A DNA stretch of 64,000 nt from Bugula neritina. Its lineage: Eukaryota > Animalia > Bryozoa. Below the pieces are notes generated by a model. The model was not told the DNA's origin. It worked only from the letters and a program-made list of their open reading frames with translations, and did not search any database. Within the stretch, counting starts at the first letter, position 1, and each line of letters starts with the position of its first letter. Shown in pieces: positions 24,058 to 34,448 of the stretch. The stretch spans positions 32,788,773 to 32,852,772 of the forward strand of contig OZ037766.1 of the NCBI GenBank assembly GCA_964035545.1, in the 5' to 3' direction. A program made the position numbers and the translations under genes.

Positions 24058-27000
24058 TTAGGGAGACAGGCTAGCTTGGGCTCCGAGACTGGGTCTAAAA
24101 TATTCAACTGAGTGTTAATCAATAAAATGTGGTACTAATTCTATAGAACATACACATGTACAGTGGTGGTAGTAGTAGTACTAGTAGTAGCGGTAGTAGT
24201 AGTCGTAGTGGTAGTACTAGTCGTAGTGGTAGTACTAGTAGTAGTGGTAGTAGTAGTCGTAGTGGTAGTACTAGTCGTAGTGGTAGTACTAGTAGTAGTG
24301 GTAGTTTTAGTAGTAGTAGTGGTAGTAGTAGTCGTAGTGGTAGTACTAGTCGTAGTGGTAGTACTAGTAGTAGTAGCGGTAGTATTAGTAGTAGTAGCGG
24401 TAGTACTAGTAGTAGTAGCGGTAGTACTAGTAGTAGTAGTGGTAGTACTAGTAGTAGTAGCGGTAGTATTAGTAGTACCAGTGGTAGTAGTAGTAGTAGT
24501 AGCGGTAGTACTAGTAGTAGTAGTAGTACTAGTAGTGGTGGTAGACGGAAAGACTGGTTATGGTAGGAAACCAACAGTACTGAGTAATTTATACAGTCAC
24601 TACTAATAAATAGTTCAACAAACCGCTTTGGCCGAGCCATTAAAGCATAAATATCCATCCCTTGCAGCAGTGCTAATGCGTTATAAGCATCATCTTGGCT
24701 CAAGAAATCAAGGAAGCCTGCAAAACAAAGTCAGTCTTTCAAATACAAAAAAATTACCTATACAAACATTCATTCAATTGCTGTTCCCATTAGAAGTGCA
24801 AGTTTAACAGTGAAATTCTCTAATACATGTTCAAAAGTTAACTTGTCCGAGAGTTTAGTTGGTGAGAAAAAAAAACTTAGCATCTACTGACTATAACTGT
24901 GTGATACTGTAGACACAAGATAGTTAATTAGTCCACAACTATAGCTGGCAAGGTTTAGTAACTATTAGTATAACACCATACAAGAAGTAATAATCTGCAT
25001 GTGCTATCCCATATCTAGACTACAACATAAAGTAGCCATTACTAACGCACCAAATGACTTGTCCGGGAAGGCCAGAATGTCCGTGACATTAGCAAAGTTC
25101 TGACTCAGGTCTCGCAGGTACTCCTTTGTAATGCCCTCAGACTGTATGTATACCTTCGTCTCACTCAGTCTATGTTGGCTGCTTTCCTGCACACAAATCA
25201 AATCATCTGACAAGAGAAATTTCGTATCAGTTCTACCCAACTTTTATAACATTGGTATGCAGACAGGGCAGAAGGTGAAGTATAGAAACATATCAGCCAT
25301 CCAATATGGTTACTCACGTTGGCCATTCTAGAGTTGTGGGGATTCTGTAGATTCGCTTGTCTAGCATCTTCCTTATGAAGAAACCGCACAAACCCAAACC
25401 CTGAGAACATAAGGCAAGTTGTTAGAATCAATCAGAATATAATTGGCAGAATAACAAATTCAATACCATTCAATAATACCACGCAAATTGCAAGAAAATT
25501 TTATGTTGGAATTAGAAAGACTGTGAGCTCTAGCTAAATCAAAGCTGTGTTCACTGAAGAAATAGTATAATTTGCAACTGCATGAGGGTAAACTCAATGA
25601 TTTCTAGGATACTATAAAGTTGTGTAGCTCTTTGGCGTTCTATTTCAAAGAGGCCAGCAAACATGAGAGTAGATAAATGTGCACCTTTGTTTTTGGCCAG
25701 GCTGTCCTTGTTGATGTGAACATTCAGCAGAGTTCCGTATCCTTTGAAGTCGTCAAACAACTTCCTTTCAGTCATGTGACCACCCAGTGCGGAAATGTAG
25801 AGGACAGTTTCACTGAGAGATTTACCAAATAGCTGTGATGAAGACACGTCCAACTGCAAAGTATAATATAACTGAAGACAATACCTGTAAGCAGCCATGA
25901 GTAACAAACTACAATATTGTCAGAGTGTGTACAACCAGTTACTAAGTCACGTGATACTTACAGACTCAAATTCTACGCTCAAGACACTTGTGGGAGTCTA
26001 CAACAAGATGAGACACTCTAATAAAGAGAATAATAAGGTTCTCTGATACACATACAGATAATGGAAGAGGATTTCACAAGCTGATCATAAGGAACATTAG
26101 CTAAGAGTCTGCTGAGAATATAACACCAGGAAGTGGAGCGGTAAGGCTGTATAACTACTGTCTCAAACACACCGTCATTCCACCACCAACAGCGCCCTCT
26201 TCAATCCCCTCCTTCTTAGCTCCGCCCTCTTCAGTCCCCTCCTTCTTGGCTCCTCCCTCTTCGGTCCTCTCCTTCTTGACTCCGCCTCCTTCAGCCCTAC
26301 CTTTCTTGGCTCCACCTCCTTCTTCTAAACTTTCCATCCGAGTTGGTGCTGAGGGCTACAGTGTACAGCACACAGTGCATAATCTACACTAATACACAGC
26401 ATGTAGTGTGATTTACGCAGTCTGTAGCATGTACCTAGTAGAATCTGTATCTATTATATACATAGAATAACTAAGTAGAACCAGTATATATTATATATAT
26501 TATATATAGAATAACTAAGTAGAACAAACCTCTTTAAGCAACTCCAGCAGTTCATGAAGCTCTTTGTTAGTGTACTGAAAGTCCTGAAACCCATCCATGA
26601 ACCTTCTCTTACTATCCCTAAGACGGTGGTGAGTAGAAGGTTCCGGAGCTCTATGACATACCATTATGATTAGAGCAATGCCATCCGCTCTCTTGTGTAG
26701 AAAGTCTAACATCTCTTTCCTCTTTATGAAAGTAATTATCTTCAGGTTCTCCACAATTCTGGTCAACAAACTAACAACATCATTCCTGATTTGCCTTTCC
26801 AACCCACGATTACCAACAATTGACTTCAAGTCAATCTTATCAAAAACCACCTCATCAATTTGACAGGAGATGAAACCTAGAATTGAAACCAGTTCACCAA
26901 GCATCAAATCATCTTCTAGTTTGAGTCTGGCGACAAGGCAACCGGCAATAAGTTCCTTGACCTTCGTGCAATACTGATTCAGTATGTTGAAAATCTCATT

Positions 27001-28713
27001 ATCTCTTTCTCTAATGTGAGCAAATTCTGTGAGGGTAGAATTGACATGATGCAATACCCCGTGGCACAGGTTTCCTATGATCTGGGTGACATCTTCGGGC
27101 AGGGCAACAAGTCTACCGACCTGCGAAACAAAATCAATAATTCAATAACTATCAATATTTATTGAATCAGCTCAACTGAACTTTAAAAAGAATGTTTACA
27201 GAGACAAGGAATAACAAAACTTGAGTCAATTTGTTAGCACACAATGGGAGACTAACCCTTGCCCCACACTGAAAGAAGTTGACGTGTTCCTTTATATCAT
27301 CTAGAGTTGCATCTACTTTTCCCAGTACAACTTGTCTCAGGAGTTCAACTGCTCTGTCCACAACGTCATCTAATTGGGGAGGAACTCCCTTTATCTACCA
27401 GTGATCATGTCAGATAAATTAGCAGAGTTGTGACAAGAAGAGTTGTCTGTTTAGAAATCTAAACACTTCTTCTTCTTGGACTCAAATTCCCATTCAATAA
27501 ATACATAATTGAATAATTCAACAATTCTTTACTCAAGCAAAAATGAATTAAGTACATGCTGACAGTTTTCTAGTATGGAACTAAGCTCCAGTAATCGAAA
27601 GAAAAAAGGAACTACTGAGGTGACTAATAGAGAAATCGTTAACATGAATGTATACATTTGCATGACTATTACATTCCCACCAACCTTATTATACTATGAC
27701 TATTACATCCCCACCTACCTTATTCTACTATGACTATTACATCTCCACCTACCTTATTCTACTATGACTATTATATTCCCACCTACCTTATTCTACTATG
27801 CAATACTTCAGGAGTGCTTTTTTCTAATTTCAAATTTTTATTGAATCCATTATTAAAATATCTGAATGCTATTAATACTTTGTAAATGAATTATGAATAA
27901 ATGTCTTTTCATTAGTTTGCCTAAGAAAAAGTTTTACAGCATACCAAATTTAGTCTCTTCACTGTTAACTAAGGTTGTATTAGTTTAACCGAAGCAAACC
28001 TTTTAAACTAATCAGTGTAAAAATGTGTTAAACGAAGACTCTCAACCAAGACTGTTAATTTGACTAGATACTGTGAACTCACTTCAGAAGTTGGTTTATC
28101 AATATCTCCATAGCAAAGAACAGGTTGTCTGTCTGATTGCACAGCTATCTGTAACACATGCAGCTGCTCCATAAATCAATAAGAAGTAAAAACTACAGTC
28201 ACTAGATAAAACTGCTTTACCAACAGCGAATATAAATTCATTTTTAGTTGACTTTGCACTCTATTTTCAAGTTCAAGTGCTTGTCACAAACTGGTTGTCT
28301 AATTATTACAGTGAATAATGCTCAACACACTACAAAATTAGCTTTCCGCTGTTTGATATTTAAAAATGAGAAAATATTTTAGTCTTTGCACACATAGCCA
28401 AAACTACACTAGTAACTAAAAACTAGTAACACAAGACTAGTAACTAGTGAATTGGCACTAATGAGACGTGACCACTAAATTGTGACTAGCAACTTGTGAC
28501 TAGCAACTAAGGACTGGTAACTAAGGACTAGTAACTAAGGACTAGTAAGTAAGGACTAGTAACTAAGGCTTAGTGAGTAAAGACTAGTAACTAAGGACTA
28601 GTAACTAAGGACTAATAACTAAGGACTAGTAAGTAAGGCTTAGTGAGTAAGGATTAGTAACTTGCGTGTGAAGGTGATTCAATCTCATACTCTTCTTCTG
28701 GTTGGCTAGCCAT
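24058..28713 (-). CDS. Uncharacterised N-terminal domain + 2 RRM protein, paralog B (approx. exons 28713-28666, 28148-28083, 27395-27258, 27120-26531, 26356-26173, 25853-25685, 25400-25317, 25240-25048, 24717-24624, 24094-24058)
   Basis: Shares with paralog A: AVQ...GDIDK, I.GVPPQLD.VVD.AVEL, N.IF.ILNQYCTKVK....GCLVA.L.L.DD, EM.DFL...AD and F..F..T.KEL..LL. RRM1: VLYISALGGHMTERKLFDDFKGYGTLLNVHINKDSLAKNK|GFGFVRFLHKEDARQA. RRM2: KVYIQ...FPDKSF|GFLDFLSQDDAYNAL. Confidence 0.85.
24160..24545. repeat. Degenerate (AGT/GGT/ACT/CGT)n microsatellite in the last intron of paralog B
   Basis: Direct inspection. Confidence 0.95.
26190..26325 (-). repeat. 30-bp coding repeat (EEGGAKKEGT-like, about 4.5 copies) in the paralog B linker
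   Basis: ORF 26155..26337 translation; lies within a spliced exon. Confidence 0.8.
27662..27800. repeat. About 34-bp minisatellite (ATGACTATTACATTCCCACCTACCTTATTCTACT), 4 copies
   Basis: Direct inspection. Confidence 0.9.
28480..28662. repeat. 14-bp repeat (ACTAAGGACTAGTA)n abutting the GC donor of paralog B intron 1
   Basis: Direct inspection. Confidence 0.88.
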
Positions 28714-29840
28714 TTAACCTACACATCTAGAAGCCAATCAAATATATGGTTTCTGTTGCTCCTAAAATTCAGTTGACCAAAACAATATAATAACTAAATA
28801 ATGCATTCCATAATATCTATAGGCTTCAGAGTATTTTATTTGTATTTTAAAATCACAAAACTAAAAACACTTTGATTTTTGAAGTTTTGAATAACATATC
28901 TATATGAATGACTTTCAATTTTAAACTCCTACTTTTCTTACAAGAAATGAAATAAGACGCTTTGGTAATTTACTCATTGTCCTAATCATTTATAAAAAAG
29001 TCATCACTTTAATTTTTAAATACTAGCATTTCTGATGAATCATTGCATTAAGAAGTGGTTATTTATTCATTAACTTCATCATAATCATAATGATGATGGT
29101 TGAACGTTCTAGCAGCTTATAGTTTTAGTAAACTTGTATCAATATTTCGTCTCAAAATAAAACCAAAATTCTTTACTTTTTGGGTAGTTTTAATAAATAG
29201 TGTGATCAATTTGAATTTAAAAGAATAAACTCAAACATAAATTTTTAATTTCAGTCTGAGTCTTACAGTTACATTTTTGCATTTCATCCTTACCTTACTC
29301 TTATCTTAACACTTATAAACTAAAATTAAAAGCAAGCCATAAATTATTTATTCTATTGAACCACCCAACACTCCAACAGTAAATGTAATATCAATATCAT
29401 ACTCCATAGGCATAGTAATTTGAAATATCATAGTTTAAGTTACAATTATACAAATAGTAATACTAATAATTATAGTTATAGTTATAATTATATTTATACT
29501 TTTATACTCTTATACTCATACTCATACTGGTAGTATTTTTTCTTTAAAAAAATTGCGACACTTTAGGTTGATAAATACTTATACTATATGGAAATACAAG
29601 ATAAATATATTTACTTTTAGTTATAACCATTACAATTTACTGTTATCCTTATAATATCAGTTATAGTTATTTGCTTTCGCATTGATTCACTTTGAGTTCA
29701 AACTCAAAGGGTTAAAGGTACAAATTTACTTACTCTGGATTAGTTGTTTGCAAACAGAAAAATCAAAGAAATGCAGAAAACGGTTACATTGTCATAAAGC
29801 TGGAATCCTTGTAATATCATAGTGAACTTTTGGAATAGAG

Positions 29841-29981
29841 CTATAAGCAGCTCCAAGTTGGGGGGTAAATAAGCGCAATAGTTTGGGTTCTTTAATTTAG
29901 AGTTCCATCATATTTGAAGCTCGAAATTCAAGAACTCCAAGCTATTACACTCATTCTCTCTCAACTTGGAGATGCTTATAG
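29841..29981. mobile_element. Small degenerate hairpin MITE-like element
   Basis: CTATAAGCAGCTCCAAGTTG ... CAACTTGGAGATGCTTATAG, with imperfect inverted symmetry through the whole element. A similar terminus (CAACTTGGAGCTGCTGATA) occurs at about 837-855. Confidence 0.6.
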
Positions 29982-30965
29982 AATCATGCATACTTTTGAA
30001 ATAAATGAATATAATCTTATATTGATAGACTCTCAGTCTCAGGTTTTGTACAGCAGCCAGTTACTTACGGTACGCTAGTGAAAACACGGAAATTATATTT
30101 AATGTTACTCAGAAAATTCCAAATCTTTGCCATTCTGGTTTAAGAGCTTGCCTAAGTAGCTTTTTCTAATGAAAATTATAAAACATGTCGTGTCAATGAC
30201 CGTGTTAATTTTATGATTGCAAGAGTTAGTTTTAACTTGAAGTTTTTGCTAAAACATTCAACAAATTGCTTTTCTGACTAAACTTAAACAGTTGACTCTT
30301 GAGGTGCAGCCAAATGTTCTGCTCATCATCAATCATTGAAACACAAAATTAGAATGACTATTTTTATAAAATAGAATTTTGCAGGAAACACATATTTAAA
30401 ACAGTTCTTTTCAAAAATAGTTTCAGTTATCTGCTTCATAAGACATTGTGATACATTGAACTCAAAAAGATTGAAACGTGAATGCTTTTCTAGGACTGAG
30501 TACTCTTTTATGTTATATGATTACCCCTAAATAACAAACTAATCATAAATTTAATATACATACTTTAAAAAACTGACAATTTTTAAAAAAAAGATTAAAA
30601 AGTTTTGACTATGCTTTTGCTAAATTTGACTTATGTCATATAGAAAAAATCATATTTAAATTACAAAAACCTGTACCTTATGATCAGCTAAATAAAAATC
30701 ACAGCTTAAGAATAAATAGATTTCTCCCAGAGCAAAATAACATCACACAGTGTGCAATATGTCAGTCTCCTAATGGTGATTAAAAATTGCTATACAAGTA
30801 GCTCATTATAAAAAATATTGCCACAATTCTAAACTGAAAATAAAGATACATTAAATCAGTATTGCCGACTGCTTAACCCTGAGTTTTTCATTTGATTACA
30901 ACTGCTGTACATATATCTATAGAGGATGAAACAGCTGAAATTTAAACTTTTTCTCTACAATTTTG

Positions 30966-32501
30966 TCATAATGATGATTTAGTTGAGACAATACTGGTCA
31001 ACCGCAGCCAACAAATCTTTTTAACTTCTGATACTCCGGTGTGTATTTCTTGATCTTGTTCATTATTTAACCTCTGGGCCAATCCTTTCAATATCGCATC
31101 TTTTTTATTTTCTCGAGCGCATATCACAAATGGGAAACCAAACTTATCTTTGTATCTAAAATCAAAGTAATGGTTTAATTTAATAGGAGTTAATTAGACA
31201 ATATCATGAGAAGATAACTTCATACAGTCATTACAGAGTAAACTGTTAGTAAAAAGATAAATAAATGTGCTTGCAAGAATTTCTACATTAGAAGATACCT
31301 AACATCTAATATCTATCTTAATTGTGATTCTTAAAATCATATGCGTAATTTGCACTCAAGCCAACAACGTTGAATATGATATAATCAAATGAGCAAGATT
31401 TCCATAAACAACTTTGTACATAAAATTATGTAACTTGATCGAAAATGAAAGGAAATACGGTTATACTTCTGCAAGACTATAGCCGTTTACTGACATCAAC
31501 AATCAAAGAAAAGGTAAAAAGAAATAGAATAACTCTCAATTATTATCTTCAGTATTGTTGTTAAGAGAAACCAAGGCAATGACACAAGTGTAAAAGTCTG
31601 TGATTCCCAGTGGGACACAGCACAATAACTTATTGCATAGAAAGTTTAATCATAATATCATGATAAGCATACGACTTACTTACTTATTCTAGGCATATAA
31701 AATGAAAGACTTATTAAAGGTCAAGTATTATTATTACGTTTATAAATGAACACGCCTAGCAACAAGAGCTGTATTAAAGTTACTACCGTGTGTTGAGAGA
31801 GTCCATTTGGGACTTTTCACCAGGGGTCAGGTCATCAAGGCCAGCTGCCTTCTGCTCCAACTTTGACTCATCGGTTAGCTGATCTGCTACCGCAAGCCGT
31901 CCAGCAAGATCTGGATGACACCTCAGTATTCCAGCTTTCCCTGCGGTGATCAGCAAATTAGCTATAAACTAGTTAATACAAGCTGCAGGTGCAAGATAAA
32001 TTGAAACTTCTGAAACACAAATTAAAACTCTTTAGCACAAGATACATGTAAAACATCAACAAATGACTAAGTGATGTTTTTTCCCTGCGTGTGACTGGCA
32101 AGTTTGGCATTGTAGTTATCTACACTAAAGTTGGTCAGTCAAAAATAAATCACATACTGTCAAAACAGAGCCAAATCGAACACCTCTCTGGCAAATACAT
32201 GAAATCTTATGAAATCATTACAACTAGAAACAAAATATTCACAGTTTAGGAGTGAATTAGCAATGGAATCATAACATATAGTTTATGCATATAAAACAGT
32301 GTGTAAAATGAACACAAAAGTGTCACCTGCTAATGGAAGCTGGTCAACAAATGTTTCTATAGATTTTTGTAAACTTTCTAGATCTTGAAATGGAAGGTTT
32401 GACCATACAGCAGCAGCAACAAGGGGGCTCATCTCAACCACATTTCCAAATATTTTAATGAATTCTTCAAATCCCAGCGCATTTACCTCAGATATAAGCA
32501 T
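30966..32501 (-). CDS. URAD: OHCU decarboxylase (uric acid degradation), exons 32501-32327, 31940-31787, 31155-30966
   Basis: MLISEVNALGFEEFIKIFGNVVEMSP...|GKAGILRCHPDLAGRL...LTDESKLEQKAAGL...LNTR|YKDKFGFPFVICARENKKDAIL...EVKKICWLRL; phases are consistent. Confidence 0.95.
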
Positions 32502-33503
32502 CTTTTTGACTTTATTCCTATCAGATAAACTAAAAGAACCTGCAAAGTTAAAGTAATACAAACATAACTTCAACCAGCAAGTTACAGTCATCAAAACTAT
32601 AAATATTATTATATTCATATTGTTACAATAGCTGCTACAATAATTGTAATATGGGCATCATTTTTACATCGACATTGACTTTTAACTCTTTTATGTATTG
32701 AATATTATAATTATTAGTATATATTTCATTTGATATTCAGACACTAGGCTGTTGCATCACTATTAAAAGCTTACAAAATATTACACTTACAGTACAGATT
32801 AGCGGGCGTGGCGCAGTTTATACCGAAACTATTTTGAAGCATCCTACTTGCATTTTCACTACGGTGAAATAATAATATACTTATAGTTATAGTATTGGCC
32901 AACTCCTAGCGTGAACAACAATTGCAAATTGTGAGTCAGACTCAGTCATTGTCATTAATCTTCCAGTTCAATTTTTGTTGAACTCAATGATAGATAAGTA
33001 ATACATCAACTTTAATTAGTCACACCGATTCAATTTCATGAGCTTGAAGTTGAAGTCATTGTGATTGTTATAGCCATAACAAGACTAGTGATTCCGGTTT
33101 CGATAATGGAGAACGCCAAATTTTAAACTTTCAAACAATTTAACGTAATTTCAAAATTAGCTCGCTTATAGTAATACTAGTAGAGGCAGGGGTGTGCTCA
33201 TTAATTTTTACTCAAACCCTAGTCTATTGTGAGTCAGTAATAAACACAGAATTTAGTGCCCATCGAAGAGATTCAACCTGAACTTCCGACTGACTATCAG
33301 TATCACTCCATTATAAATTTTTAGTGCCGCCTAGTTGATAGTATATATTTTTAGTTAGTAAACGCAGTAGTACTATTAGTAATACTGTATTAATAGTAGA
33401 TGTAATACTAATATATATTTTTTTTTTTATAACGATAATCACTTATCATATTGATATTGACAACTACCAGTAGTTGCATAAAAGTAATTTAATAAATAAA
33501 GGA

Positions 33504-34448
33504 ATGCCATCTAAGAGCAAAGATAAGTGCGCCTATTGCAACCTGAAGGCTGATGAGCAAAAATGTCATGTGATGATACGCTGTGATTGCTGTGAGGCAT
33601 GGTATCACAGCCAATGTCAGGACCTCACCAAATATGAGGCAAATCTCATCTCTAGCGCAGAAGGGAAAGGAGTAAGATGGTTCTGCACTAAATGCATACC
33701 GGAACTGGTAATTAATGTAGACTCTCAAGACCAAACTAAAGCTAAAACTTCAATTACCGAACTAAAAGAAAAGCTGGAAGAAATGAATCTGTTAACAATG
33801 AACAAACTTAACGATATTGACCGAGCTGTTAAAGGCATGCAACTCACGTATGCTGATACACTAAAGAGTAACAATGAGAACATAAAGTCCCTAGAAGATT
33901 AATGTTCCAAGCTTGTTGAGCAAAGTACGGTGCAAATGAATAAGGCTGTTGAAGTAAACATAAATGCTGAGAAGTTGATGCAGAAAAGTAATGAAATAAG
34001 TGAGGCAGATGCCAGAAAATGTAATGCTATTCTATATGGTGTGCCGGAGGGAGATGGAATACCGGTATTAGAGCAGGTCGAAAAATTCATGAGAGAAGAA
34101 AGATTCAAAAACCTTGACAAACCTCATGCAGCCTTAAGACTCGGAAAAAAGAGTGCGGAAACCGCTAGACCCATAAAAGTTGTCTTTGAGACTATCCAAT
34201 CTAAATGGGCCTTCATAAAGAGGGTGAACTCTTGGGGACTTAAAGGTGACAAAGTCTTCTGCAAGCTAGATGCCAGCAAGGAAATCCGCAACCAAGAGTT
34301 CGCCCTCCGTGAGTGTGTGCGTGGACTGAAAAGTGACAACCCTGGATCTGCATACAGAATAAGGAATCTGCAAATTGAATGTCAGCAACCCTCGGGGGAA
34401 TGGAAGCGTCTGACGCCGGCATTAAACAGTGTAGTGAGAGCCCACTAG
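33504..34448 (+). pseudogene. LINE ORF1 (PHD finger, coiled coil, RRM-like NAILYGVPE) with one in-frame TAA
   Basis: CAYC..CDCCEAWYHSQC..WFCTKC. ORFs 33474..33902 and 33930..34448 share a frame and are separated only by TAA at 33900-33902. Confidence 0.85.
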
